DNA of 64,000 nucleotides from Paraphysomonas bandaiensis (Eukaryota > Protista > Chrysophyceae). This document shows positions 49,195 through 63,059 of this stretch, one piece after another. Both the position numbers and the translations under genes were made by a program. The notes under the pieces are model-generated. The model worked only from the letters and a program-made list of their open reading frames with translations, was not told the origin of the DNA and did no database searches. The stretch's first letter is position 1. The number at the start of each line of letters is the position of its first letter. Location of the stretch: NCBI GenBank assembly GCA_965644295.1, contig CBFFRP010000059.1, forward strand, positions 1-64,000, given 5' to 3'.

Positions 49195-51345
49195 ATGACT
49201 ACAGCAATGGAAGTTTCATCCGTTGATATCAATGAAATTGAAAAAGCAAAACAAGGAAAAGTTACTGGTGTGATAATACCCCCACCAGATATACGTGCAG
49301 TAGTTGATAAAACAGCACAATTTGTTGCAAGAAATGGAAAAAGTTTTGAAAAAAGAATTCTTGAGAGTGGAGAAGGAAAAACTGCCAAATTTAATTTTAT
49401 GAAAAGTTATGATCCTTATCATGCATATTATGAGATGAAAATTAGTGAATTTGAAGGCGGAAAAACTACTATTGTACCACCTGTTGCAACCCCTACTCCA
49501 GCACCAAAAGAAGTTGCGCCTACTGTACAAACAACTACAGCCAAGGCATCATTCACTACACCAATTGCTCGGTTTGCTATGAATAAACCCAAAGATCCGC
49601 CCCCAGCGTTCGAATTCTCTGTTGGCCACCCCTCTGGCCTTAGCGCATTAGATATAGATGTTATGAAGTTAACGGCACAATATACAGCTCTAAATGGCAG
49701 AGAGTTCTTGAGCGGATTAGCTCAAAGGGAACAACGAAATCCACAATTTGATTTTTTGAAACCCACGCATATGCTTTTCAGCTACTTCACGTCTCTAGTA
49801 GACGCCTATGCCAAGATTTTGCAGCCATCTAGTACATTACTTAAAACTATTGGTGAGAAACAGTCTAAAATGACTGCGCTGCAAAAGAGTGTGGAGCGGT
49901 GGGGTTGGGAACGGGCAGAGGAAGAGCGCCGGAAACAGGAGGCTGTGCAGGCAGATGCCGACAGGTCCGCCTTCCAGTCCATAGATTGGTACGACTTTGT
50001 GGTTGTGGAGACGATAGAGTTCAGAGAGGACGAGCTCTACGAGCCTGCAAGCATGCTTTCTGCCGGGGGGCGCGCACCCCCACCCCCTCCTGCATCGGAG
50101 GAGGACATGGATATGGATGAAGGTGACGATCATCCTGGTGGTGTACCTCCCCCCCCCCCTCCCCCCCCTGGGCCTACGCAGGAAGACAACGATATGGACA
50201 TGGATGACGAAATGGAAGTTGAAGTTGAAGAGGATGATTCAGATCTGAAGGTGGTGACTGACTACAAGCCCAGGATTGGTCCTTCTGGTCAGCGCGGTAC
50301 GAAGTTGATTGACCCCTTCAGTGGAAAAGCCATCCCAGCGGAACAGATGTCCGAGCACATGCGGGTCCAACTAATGGACCCCAGGTGGCGTGTAGAGAAC
50401 CAGCGATTCTTGGAGAAGCAGAAAGATACAGGCTACGCTGAAGGAGGATCTATCGCCGACTCTCTGAAGCAGTTTGCAAAACAGCGAGGAGACATATTCG
50501 GGTCTGCTGAGGAAGAGACTGCTCGTCTGATGGCGGAGGAGAGCAAACGAAAAAAACGCGTAGAGGTGAGTAATATATAATGCATTGTAGAGCCAATGAG
50601 CTGACCCTTTTCGCGTAGGAAACAAATCAAATTATATGGGATGGACATCAGTCATCACTTGATGCCTTCAAAAGGCAGAAGGTTGAGCAGAGCACCACCA
50701 CTGCAGCCCCTGCGCCCCCGTCAAGCCAACCTCCCCCAAGTGCTCCATCTGCATATTCTTCTATGCCTCCGACTCCACAGACAGTTGCTCCACCACCCCC
50801 ACCCATGCCGCAGGCTCCTGCACCCTCCATGGCTCCACCTTCCATGCCCATGCCTGCCCCACCTCCACCGAGTGGATACTACCCCTTCCCCCATGGTATG
50901 CAGGCACAGCCGCCAAGCGTTGCTCCTCCTGGTATGGCGCCTCCACCCCCTCCCATGCAGCCTGCCCCTTCAAAAGAGTCAGGTACCCTTAGCCTGCTTT
51001 GTCATTGAATACTTACTAATCGAATTCGCAGCTCTCGTTCCAGAGGCTGAGTTTGCAGCCAGATACCCTGATCCAATTACACTACACATTACTGTACCAT
51101 CCTCGTCACCTAATCCCGCCTGGAACTTGCAGGGACAGGTACTACAAGTTAGTATCGCTGTCACAAGCAATGTTAAGGACGTCAAGGACGCGATAGGAGA
51201 GCTAGTGGGGGGTATGCCAACGAACAAGCAGCAGCTGAAAGGAAAGTCAGGATTCTTGAAAGATTCACAGACGTTGGCGGCTTTGAATATTGGTGATGGG
51301 ACTTCCCTAGAAATGTCCGCTAGGTCACGCGGTGGCAAGCGATAG
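49195..51345 (+). CDS. SF3A1: Splicing factor 3A subunit 1 (two SURP domains, PRP21-like region, C-terminal ubiquitin-like domain), 3 exons
   Basis: IIPPPDIRAVVDKTAQFVARNG, KLTAQYTALNG, IDWYDFVVVETI, EHMRVQLMDPRW and terminal RGGKR; introns 50566-50618 and 50983-51031. Confidence 0.96.
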
Positions 51346-51581
51346 ATTTCTTGCTGTATTTGCTTGGTGTTATTAGAAGCCATGCTTTCAGTACTTCTTT
51401 ACAATATGCAAAAGGAATTATGTGAGGTTAACACTATAACTATATTTCATTTAAGTTTCAGTGATGCTGAAACGATCAGGGTCTGTTCTTTATTCTTCAG
51501 CATCGAATGTTCGTGATAACAAGATAACTTTGTGAGTAGATCTGTTGTAAACACTGCCCTATTCCGAGAGCGTACCCTGGT

Positions 51582-52284
51582 CAGGGCTGCGTAACAATTA
51601 ATTGCAATTTAATTGTGCCAATTATTGTCTAATTAACTTAGTTACTCATTACAAGCACGTATAGCATCTTCAACCGTACTTGCATTCCACAGAAATATAT
51701 TAAAGCGCAAGAACATAAGGGCCTCAAATCGATGAGGTGCCATAAATTTACGCAGGTCACTCATGTTAACTTTTGCTCTACTAAAAAGCGTTTCTACACC
51801 ATTAGCAGTGGAGTAAATATGCTTCAAGCAGAGGTACTTTGTTGGTTTGGTAGTGTGTAGTCGCTTTTGTTCTTGGTGCGCTTGGTGTCTTCTCGCCAGT
51901 GAGTCGACACCATCATCTTCTTTTTCCTCTTCTTCATCAGTTCTGTCCAACAAAAAACGTTTGAGCTGCGCCTTCTCAGGTCGAGTGAGAGTGTCCTCCT
52001 ATTACAACAGCATTTTCGAAAGTCTTATTCATAATTATTTGTCCGCATTCACACCAAGGTGATGGCTAGTACTAGGGAATTTCTGAATTAAGGTATTGAA
52101 TAAAAAACGCACATCACTAAGATCGGCCTGTTCGGCGCCATTTCCAGAGAGGAATTCAATACTCTCGAAATTACACCCAACCAATTCAAGCTCGTCCAGC
52201 ATATAGTCACCAAGTGATTCTGCCGAAAAATCGATGTCATCTTCATCCTCGTCTTACAATTCAATTGATTGTTACGCAGCCCTG
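51582..52284. mobile_element. Internally deleted hAT transposon (703 bp) retaining the transposase C-terminus
   Basis: TIRs CAGGGCTGCGTAACAAT / ATTGTTACGCAGCCCTG; perfect 8-bp TSD ACCCTGGT; ORF 51642-51953 has STANGVETLFSRAK...FEALMFLRFN (hAT dimerisation-like). Confidence 0.92.
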
Positions 52285-52423
52285 ACCCTGGTGAAGTGGT
52301 AGTAACGTATTCTTTGTGTGTCGGCACCAAGAAAGCTCTAGCTAGATGTACATATATATACTTGCATATATAGCCTATATGAGATTACGAGAACCCCGCG
52401 CATTCCAGGGGAGGGGGGCAATA

Positions 52424-52565
52424 ATACCTACGACTGAGATACCTATATAGGTAATGTGGGTGAAAACCTATAGGTAGGGTTGATAGGAATACCTATTGCT
52501 GGGTACCTAATAGGTATATGCATGAAGCACGAAGACCTATTGGTACCTAATATGGCCCACCGATG
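52424..52565. mobile_element. Orphan right end of the CCTATAGG CMC element
   Basis: Ends GGTACCTAATATGGCCCACCGATG, matching the end at 18769. Confidence 0.85.
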
Positions 52566-53147
52566 AAGTCTTGAGAACCGTAAGGTACCACCCCACGACC
52601 ACCTCTCATGAAATAATCAGACATTTCTATAGGAGAAAGGAAGTGGTTGTACCTTGGTGCTTGCGGTGACGCACAAGTATCTTTCATAGCATTAAATAGT
52701 TGGATATTAGAATTTGCACTGGTTCGTTTATGGTATAGATGGTTATCTAGCTTGACTAGTCTTCATCTACTAGCTACTATGATGCTGGTGCTGATTCTTA
52801 CCACCTATTGCTAATAAACAGACATTAACACATTGAAGCAGGCTGTAACCAATTATAATTGCAATTACTAATTGACAGTTTATTGCTACGCGGCCCAGCT
52901 CACTAGTAGCTATGAAGCAATGTAAGTGACATTCTTAAATTTTAAAAATTAGATTGCATAATAAATAATGGTTTGCATATAGTAATCAAAAATATTTCTA
53001 ATTCAGCATAATATGGTTTCTAACTAAATTAGACGAGCAGTAGCAATCACAGAATTCATGTGGACAACATGTACTGGTATACAGTAAAGTATGGATTCGA
53101 GTACATTGGTTTCACTTTGCCTGCAATACCTCATTGTTTTGTAATTG

Positions 53148-54375
53148 CTAGTTGCTCATTGAATTGATGAACTCTTCGATCTCTTTGAACTCTTCATCCG
53201 AAATATTTATACTGTCAAGGTCGTTGGGGCTCACATCATCCCGTCCAGCATTAGATGAACGCATTTGGTCTTGAATGTTATTGTTCGCATTCACCAAATT
53301 CATTCCATCGTTTATTTTATTTTCAGCATATTCACTTGGAAATGCATTTGTCCCTCGTTTTATTCGTTTATTATTTGTTCTCATATATTTAAGCGTTTCA
53401 TTCTTTTGTGTGGGATTTTCATTAGTTAGTAAAATTTCATTCTGATTTCGTTTTCTAGACGTGGTCTTTACAGACGGCGGATCGCATTGAGGTCGCTCCC
53501 TACTCCTCACTTTTATGGGCCGTAATACTGTATATCCAACGTCTGCGTATTGAGACTTAATACGAACCACAACAGCTGGCAGAGGAACTTGTTTCTTAGA
53601 CTCCTCCTTTTTCGGTTCCATTCTGAATTGCATTCTGCACCACCTCCCATCTATAGGAGATACTTGTTGGCCTGATTTCATCATAGTTATATCAATATCC
53701 TCGCACGCAGTGCTATACGACATCATATTCGCTTGTAGCGAGTTATTTAAGTCCAAAACATTTCCATTCTTATCTCTGATACTGACATCGATCGTGATGC
53801 AATTGTGCAGAGGTTTTATATAAAAATATGACGAAATGTTACCATTCTTCTCACGTTTTGGCACAATGCCTTCAATGTTTTCAACATGTAGTTTTGCCCG
53901 TACGACGCGATATGTTCGCAGTGACTTTTTACAACTCAGTTTGGTGCCATCGGTGCTCTCCGCGGTGCTCTCCGCACGTATACGAAAACTCTTGCCAATA
54001 GCCTCTAGTGCAACACCAAACACTAAAATACCGCAAGGAGGAATGGCTACACTGTGTGTCTCCTGTATGTTTGAGTTATATGAGTGAGGAGAGAGGTTTG
54101 AGAGGTTTGATCCCTACCAGTATACAGTCCGGATCATATGCGTCTACAAACTCCACTTTAGTGGGAATAGGAAGACCATCCCTGACATATATGAGCATAA
54201 AGCAACAGTGTTATATGAATCTGATGTACTTGGTGGGTTGTGGAATTGAGCCTCCTGCTGTGGTTTTGACGTAAGTCACTTGGATTGTAATCGTATCACC
54301 CGTAAACACCAACTCCTCTGCATCTTCTGAATATGATTCATAATCAGGGGTGTTTACGATCAAGCCTTCAGTCAT
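53148..54375 (-). CDS. Triplicated gene copy 1: putative Ig-fold (p53/STAT/CudA-like) DNA-binding protein, 3 exons
   Basis: ATG 54375; MTEGLIVNTPDY..., DGLPIPTKVEFVD..., then CITIDVSIRDKNGNV..MQFRME..PIKVRSR and a basic tail. The fold assignment is inference. Confidence 0.65.
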
Positions 54376-56179
54376 TATGGTGGATCTTAAGTAGTATGAA
54401 ATGAAGTCGACTTGCAGTGATATTATGCATGTGCATCACACTCATATACACACACCCACGCAAGCCCCAGTACCAGTGGTAGGAAATCTCCAGGACAATT
54501 CTGCAATTCAGTATCTTGGAAAGAGTTCGTATCTTTCAGAGTCACCTGAGCTGAAAATGAATACTGCATACGGCAAATCCACACTATACTCCTCTATGGC
54601 AGTATTCCGGTATTCCTAGAATTGTGAATTTTAGAAAGGCAGGATTTTGGGAAATATATTCCCACCCTTACCTTAATATTAGACTGTTTTTTCATAAAAT
54701 CCTGCTATTTTTGATTTTCTCTGGATTGTTTTTATACATATAAATACTGAATTTCTACTTGAGGGCGATCCAAAGAGGGAGTTTTTATGTAACACCACAC
54801 TGTGGAACTACCTACCTACCGTAGCTACGTACGTACATACAGCACCAGTGCACACCTACATAGACGTGAATTCCTATACGCAGCACTGGAGTTGGAAGTG
54901 CGTGGAGTCCCTGCCTAATATACCGATCTCAGTTTCGTCCACTGCGATCACTGGCTCCTCACAGGGTCATCACAGTGCCTCGACTTCTATCCATGAGAAG
55001 GATGATCACCCGCCTGCGAGAATACAGTGATGAGGGCGGAGGAAGTGGATGACCGCAATGTGATCATACTTCCAGCATCACTGATCTGTCTGCCTGCTGG
55101 TCCTGAAGATCAGAAGTCATTTCTGTGTCGACTATCGCCACTTTCAACATTACCACTATCCTCATTCCAGTAGTATTGCCAGAGGATCTCGTCCTGCTCA
55201 TCTAGAGCTGTTTCGAAAGCATACCGTGTAGCGAACAAGTTGACTTAACATCAGCGCAGGGATGGGGTGATGTGTATGCCTCAGTTGCTTGCAGGATACT
55301 CCCCTTCCACATGCATGATTTCCCTACAATATCATTTCAATATATTCTCAATCCCGATATACTATTTTCTAAATCTGCTGTTACATGACCTAAACACCTC
55401 CAAATACTCGTACATGGTCTTGTTATCTACATAGGCTTCTGTTATGCCCGTAAGATGTATCCTTGCGTACTCGAGCCTATCTTCATAGTTCGAGGAGCAC
55501 TAAGTTCCAAATAATCATTGCATATATATAATCAGTACTGGCGTACTGCTAATTAATGTAAATCCATGATTTTCTTTCGTTATGGACATGCAGAGATACA
55601 TATAGTACGGATAAGCATATGTCGCTATATATGTGGTTATATATTGCAATACTATTGTTAGATAGCTAGCACTCCAACAATGCTATTGATGGAGATTTTA
55701 AACAGGCCCAACAATACAATTACAATATATTGCAATATATTAGTGTGACTAATCAGTACGTAAACACATCCGTAGATTCCATTTTTAGTATTAGTCATTA
55801 AAATCACATGATGATAACCAAACCCCACTGCTGCCTATAGCTAATAATCTACCTCGTCCTCATCCTCTGAGCCATCAGTCATCACTTGATGCCTTCAAAA
55901 GCTCCAAAGAAACAGCTCCGCGTAACCTTTGTTAGGAAATAGGAATGTACACATGGTCCTACTAGAATCTGCGCAAATTAGCAAAGGTGAACACGGGTAG
56001 AGCGGCAACAGAATTTGCGTGTGATCTATGCGGTCAACTACGCCGGTACAAGGGTAGACGGGTGGTAGAATCAGTGCTATATCTCGGTGTTATAGGTGGT
56101 ATACCAGCCAGCCTACACTATGACCACGCACTGTACCATGCCTTCGGAGTGGGGCACTATCTGTCCGATACTTATAGAT

Positions 56180-56603
56180 AATGTGCGCTAGCACCTATAG
56201 GTAGATGACAACTAATCTATAGGTAATACCTACGACTGAGGAACCTATAGGTATGATGTTATGGTCTCTATACGTAATGGGTGCTAGTATCTATAGGAGT
56301 ATTAAAACTAACCCATAGGTAACACCTACGGCAGAGGCACCTATAGGTAGACGATAACTAACCTATAGGTCATACCTACGACTGAGGCATCTATAGGTAA
56401 TTTGCGCTAGCACCTATAGGTAGATGACAACTATCTACAGGTATTACCTACGACTGAGGTACCTATAGGTGGTGAGAAGTAGGCACCTACCTATAAAAAG
56501 GGTCGCTAGAAATACCTATTGCTGCGTACCTAGTAGGTATGTATCTGATAGGTTTATGCATGAAGCAGGAAGGCCTATAGGTACCTAATATGGCCCACCG
56601 ATG
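56180..56603. mobile_element. Orphan right end of the CCTATAGG CMC element with subterminal array
   Basis: Same linker modules as 18035-18760; ends CCCACCGATG at 56603 with the same downstream flank as the copy ending at 52565. Confidence 0.9.
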
Positions 56604-57374
56604 AAGTCTTGAGAACCGTAAGGTACCACCCCACGACCACCTCATGCAATAATCAGACATTTCTACAGGAGAACGGAAGTGGTTGTACCTTGGTGCTTGC
56701 GGTGACGCACAAATATCTTTCATAGCATTAAATAGTTGGATATTAGAGTTTGCACTAGTTCGTTTATGGTATACATGGTAGTCTTTATCTAGCTACTATG
56801 ATGCTGGTGCTGATTCTTACCACCTATTGCTAATAAACAGACATTAACACATTGAAGCAGGCTGCAACCAATTATAATTGCAATTACTAATTGACAGTTT
56901 ATTGCTACGCGGCCCTGCTCACTCGTGTTGCTATGAAACATTCTTAAATTTTAGATTACATTATGATTAGACGAGCAGTAGCAATCACAGAATTCATGTG
57001 GACAACATGTACTGGTATACATTAAAGTATGGATTCGAGTACATTGGTTTCACTTTGCCTGCAATACCTCATTGCTAGTTGCTCATTGATTTGATGAACT
57101 CTTCGAACTCTTCAATCAAAATATATGTAGTTGTAGTTCATATATATCATCCCGTCCAGTATTGTTTTCATAAGATGAACACGATCGGTCTTGAATATTA
57201 TTCTTCGCATTCGCCAAATTCATTCCATCGTTTATTTTATTTTCAGCATATTCACTTGGAAATGCATTTGTCCCTAGAGTTTTAATCGTTTATTATTGGT
57301 TTTAATATCTTTAGGCGTTTCATTATCTTGTGACGGATTTTCATCAGTTAGTAAAATTTCATTCTAAGGGCGTT

Positions 57375-58451
57375 TTATAGGCGTGGTCTTTTCATACGGG
57401 GATCGGAAGGGGAATGTATTGTTACATAGGTTCCATTAGTTTCGGTTTCCACTGTAGGCTCGTCTTCATCAAATGGATATAAAAAATATATAACGCCCCA
57501 GTAAAAATCAAAGTCGCTCAATTCGACACTGTGAGTGCGCTTCTTAGAGGGCGGCGAGGGTTTCTTCCTCACTTTTATGGGCTGTAATTCTGTATATCCA
57601 ACGTCTGCGTATTGAGACTTAATACGAACCACAACACCTGGCAGAGGAACTTGTTTCTTAGACTCCTCCTTTTTTGGTTCCATTCTGAATTGCATTCTGC
57701 ACCACCTCCCATCTATAGGAGATACTTGTTGGCCTGATTTCATCATAGTTATATCAACATCCTCGCACGCAGTGCTACACGACATCATATTCGCTCTGCT
57801 AATTCCTTGTAGCGAGTTATTTAAGTCCAAAACATTTCCATTCTTATCTCTGATACTGAGATCGACCGTGATGCAATTGCGCAGAGGTTTTGTATAAAAA
57901 TATGACGAAATGTTACCATTCTTCTCACGTTTTGACACAATGCCTTCAATGTTTTCAACATGTAGTTTTGCCCGTACGACGCGATATGTTCGCAGTGACT
58001 TTTTACAACTCAGTTTGCTGCCATCGGTTCTCTCCGCGGTGCTCTCCGCACGTATACGAAAACTCTTGCCAATAGCCTCTACTGCAACACCAAACTTTAA
58101 AATACCGCAAGGAGGAATGGCTACACTGTGTGTCTCCTGTATGTTTGAGTTATATGAGTGAGGAGAGAGGTTTGAGAGGTTTGATCCCTACCAGAATACA
58201 GTCCGGGTCAGATGCGTCCACAAACTCCACTTTAGTGGGAATAGGAAGACCATCCCTGAGGCATATATGAGCATAAAGCAACAGTGTTATATGAATCTGA
58301 TGTACTTGGTGGGTTGTGGAATGGAGCCTCCTGCTGTGGTTTTGACGTAAGTCACTTGGATTGTAATCGTATCACCCGTAAACACCAACTCCTCTGCATC
58401 TTCTGAATATGATTCATAATCAGGGGTGTTTACGATCAAGCCTTCAGTCAT
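57375..58451 (-). CDS. Triplicated gene copy 2 (different C-terminal tail)
   Basis: Near-identical to copy 1 up to PIKVR, then KKPSPPSKKR... Confidence 0.65.
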
Positions 58452-60659
58452 TATGGTGGATCTTAAGTAGTATGAAATGAAGTCGACTTGCAGTGATATT
58501 ATGCATGTGCATCACACTCATATACACACACCCACGCAAGCCCCAGTACCAGTGGTAGGAAATCTCCAGGACAATTCTGCAATTCAGTATCTTGGAAAGA
58601 GTTCGTATCTTTCAGAGTCACCTGAGCTGAAAATGAATGCTGCATATGAATAAAATCTTTTTTTTCTCAGGATTGTTTTTATACATATAAATACTACTTC
58701 AGTGCGAGCATTTTTAAACAAAAAACCTGGGTTTTCTAATCGTGGATGGTGCCGTTGTGGTGGACAGTGTAGTATGGCTTATGGTACACACCATCCACCA
58801 TAACGCGAACGGACTGTACTGCATAACACCACTCTGTGGTACTATACTACGACTACGTATCGTATAGTACTAGACATGTACCTACCTACCGTACCTACGT
58901 ACGTACATACAGCACCAGTGCACACCTACATAGACGTGAATTCCTATACGCAGCACTGGAGTTGGAAGTGCGTGGAGTCCCTGCCTAATATACCGATCTC
59001 AGTTTCGTCCACTGCGATCACTGGCTCCTCACAGGGTCATCACAGTGCCTCGACTTCTATCCATGAGAAGTATGATCACCCGCCTGCGAGAATACAGTGA
59101 TGAGGGCGGAGGAAGTGGATGACCGCAATGTGATCATACTTCCAGCATCACTGATCTGTCTGCCTGCTGGTCCTGAAGATCAGAAGTCATTTCTGTGTCG
59201 ACTATCGCCACTTTCAACGTTACCACTATCCTCATTCCAGTAGTATTGCCAGAGGATCTCGTCCTGCTCATCTAGAGCTGTTTCGAAAGCATACCGTGTA
59301 GCGAACAAGTTGACTTAGCATCAGCGCAGGGATGGGGTGATGTGTATGCCTCAGTTACTTGCAGGATACTCCCCTTCTACATGCATGATTTCCCTACAAT
59401 ATCATTTCAATATATTCTCAATCCCGATATACTATTTTCTAAATCTGCTGTTACATGACCTAGACACCTCCAAATACTCGTACATGGTCTTGTTATCTAC
59501 ACAGGCTTCAGTTATGCTGGTAACATAATTAAGTCTTGATGTGCTCCTCGTAGCTATGTATGTCTACTATATTCAGAGTTCGAGGAGCACGAAGTTCCAA
59601 GTCGCCCATACCTTCCTCGATCTCGAGTGGCAGGTACTGTGTACGTATTTCGCTCAAGTGTCGTTGAAAGTTATCTGTGTATGTTGTATCAGTGCCCAAG
59701 GGAGGGTCTGTGCATCCTTGCGTACTCGAGCCTATCTTCATAGTTCGAGGAGCACTAAGTTCCAAATAATTGCATATACATAATCAATACTAACTTATTT
59801 TGTATATCCATGATTTTCTTTTGTTATTGACATGCAGAGATACATAGAGTACGTATAAGCATGTATCGCTATATATGTGGTTATATAATGCAGAGAAGAT
59901 ATGCTTATGGTTCCATACACAGCAACACACTCACACATCTCTTTACACCTATATATACTACACAGCAGGGCTAGGAGACAATATATTGCAATACTACTGC
60001 TAGCTAGCGCTCCAACAATACTATTAATCGAGATTTTGAACAGAACCAACAATACGATTACAATATATTGCAATATATTAGTATGACTAATCAGTATGTA
60101 AACACATCCAGATATTCCATTTTTAGTATTAGTCATTAAACACACGAAAACCAAACCCCACTACTGCTTATAGCTTATAGCTAGAAAATATCCACCTCGC
60201 CCAGAGCTCTGAGCCTTCATCAGTGACGTCACAAGCATTTTTCATAGCGTTAAATAGTTGAATACTAGAGTTTGCACTAGTTCGTTTATGGTATATGCTT
60301 ATCTAGCTAGTCTTCATCTAGCTACTATGCTGGTGCTGATTCTTAACACCTATTGTAATAAACAGACATTAACACATTGAAGATTGAAGTAGGCTGTAAC
60401 CAATTATAATTGCAATTACTAATTTACAGTTTATTGCTACGCGGCCCTGCTCACTCGTAGCTATAAAGCAATGTAAGTGACATTCTTAAATTTTAAAAAT
60501 TAGATTGCATCATAAATAATGGTTTCGAGTAAAGTATGGATTCGAGTACATTGGTATCACTTTGCCTACTATACCTCATTGTTTTGTAATTGCTTGTTGT
60601 TCATTGGTTGGGTAACTCTTCGAACTCTTCAATCGAAATATATGTAGTTGTGGTTCATA

Positions 60660-61643
60660 TCATCCCGACACTACACTGTCAAAGCAGAAATTTTCATCAG
60701 TTTGTTCAACGACACTCTGAGTGTGCTTCTTAGAGAGGGGAGAGGGATTCTTCCTCCTCCTCACTTTTATGGGCTGTAATACTGTATATCCAACGTCTGC
60801 GTATTGAGACTTACTACGAACCACAACAGCTGGCAGAGGAACTTGTTTCTTAGACTCCTCCTTTTTTGGTTCCATTCTGAATTGCATTCTGCAGCACCTC
60901 CCATCTATAGGAGATACTTGTTGGCCTGATTTCATCATAGTTATATCAATATCCTCGCACTCAGTGCTACACGACATCATATTCGCTTCGCTAATTCCTT
61001 GTAGCGAGTTATTGTCCAAAACATTTCCATTCTTATCTCTGATACTGACATCGACCGTGATGCAATTGCGCGGAGGTTTTGTATAAAAATATGAAATGTT
61101 ACCATCCTCCTCACGTTTTAACACAATGCCTTCAATGTTTTCAACATGTAGTTTTGCCCGTACGACGCGATATGTTCGCAGTGACTTTTTACAACTCAGT
61201 TTGCTGCCATCGGTGATCTCCGCGGTGCTCTCCGCACGTATACGAAAACTCTTGCCAATAGCCTCTAGTGCAACACCAAACACTAAAATACCGCAAGGAG
61301 GAATGACTACACTGTGTGTCGCCTGTATGTTTGAGTTTTATGAGTGAGGAGAGAGGTTTGAGAGGTTTGATCCCTACCAGTATACAGTCCGGATCATATG
61401 CGTCTACAAACTCCACTTTAGTGGGAATAGGAAGACCATCCCTGAGGCATATATGAGCATAAAGCAACAGTGTTATATGAATCTGATGTACTTGGTGGGT
61501 TGTGGAATGGAGCCTCCTGCTGTGGTTTTGACGTAAGTCACTTGGATTGTAATCGTATCACCCGTAAACACCAACTCATCTTGGTTTGCGTCTTCTGAAT
61601 ACGATTCATAATCAGGGGTGTTTATGATCAAGCATTCTGTCAT
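60660..61643 (-). CDS. Triplicated gene copy 3 (short C-terminal tail)
   Basis: Near-identical to copy 1 up to PIKVR, then RRKNPSPLSKK... Confidence 0.65.
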
Positions 61644-63059
61644 TATGGTGGATCTTAAGTAGTATGAAATGAAGTCGACTTACAGTGATATTATGCATGT
61701 GCATCACACTGATATACACATAGCCAGTTGAAGCACACTGCGAGTACCAAGGACCACTGGTAGGAAATCTCCAGGACAATTCTGCAATTCAGAATCTTGG
61801 AAAGAGTTCGTATCTTTCAGAGTCACCTGAGCTGAAAATGAATACTACATATAGTGTGGCAGTATTCCGGTATTCCTAGAATTGTGAATTTTAGAAAGGC
61901 AGATTTTGAAAAAATATATTCCCACCCTTACCTTAATATTAGACTGTTTTTCATAAAATCCTGCTAATTTTGATTTTCTCTGGATTGTTTTTAGACTCAG
62001 TCTACAGTAGCTCGTTCCCAATTACAGTTAGTTGATGTACATTGAATGTCCAGTCAGTATACTAGTGTTCTTGTTCTATCACTTCAACAGTTCCAGTAAT
62101 ATGATGGATTTCTATGCTTAAAAAGTGCACTTTTATACTTAAAATAAGGGTTTTTTAGAGTTTAAGGCTGTGTAATTTATTTTTCGAAAAATTACACTCA
62201 TTTGTTATGAGATCCTGCGAGGAGACGTTTTTTGACAAAGTGGACCTAGGGCCCCCCACTTGTCGGACTGTATTTGGTCCCACTCGAAATAAAAAATTTG
62301 TGGTCATTTTGACCACAATTTCAAAGCTCTACACTCATGTTCCATACGAAAAAACACAATACAAAAAAATAAAGTGGGACCAGTCTCGAGGGACCTGAAT
62401 CGAAACTATCCGAAGTATGAAAAATAATTTACACAACTCCAAAAAATTGAGGTTTTAATTTTCATACTTCTTCGGGTTTTTATATAGCTGAACTACAGTA
62501 CCTACCTACCTACCTACCTACCGTAGCTACGTACGTACATACAGCACCAGTGCACACTTACATAGACGTGAATTCCTATACGCAGCACTGGAGTAGGAAG
62601 TGGAGTCCCGGCCGGATGTAAGCATAATGATGGCTCAGAGGATGAGGACGAGCTATAGGTAGTAGTGGGGTGTGGTTTTCATGTGATCTTAATGACTAAT
62701 ACTAAAAACGGAATCTCCGGATGTGTTTACGTACTGATTAGTCATACTAGTATATTGCACTGTATTCTCGCAGGCGGGTGATCATCCTTCTCATGGATAG
62801 AAGTCGAGGCACTGTGATGACCCTGTGAGGAACCAGTGATCGCAGTGGACGAAACTGAGATCGGTATATTAGGCAAACTGTCGATTAGCTTTCAGAAACA
62901 ACAGCTTATTAAGTGTAGTACGATGCATGCCTTTACGCAACATTGATATAGTAAGTTTAGCTGCGCTGAACAGGTCACATGTACTGGAAGTACACACGAC
63001 ATGACTCGTGGACCTGTACTTAAATATTTCAACTTTTCGTTTCTTAATTTTTTGAGCTG

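Larger units (their letters stand above)
52430..62880. repeat. Tandem segmental triplication: units ~52430-55872, ~56180-60225 and ~60225-62880
   Basis: Long near-identical blocks, e.g. 53500-54570, 57565-58645 and 60760-61850. Confidence 0.92.

Noticed and set aside
54848-55500. Second gene within the triplicated unit
   Set aside because: Only short stop-interrupted frames on both strands; no consistent spliced model could be built.
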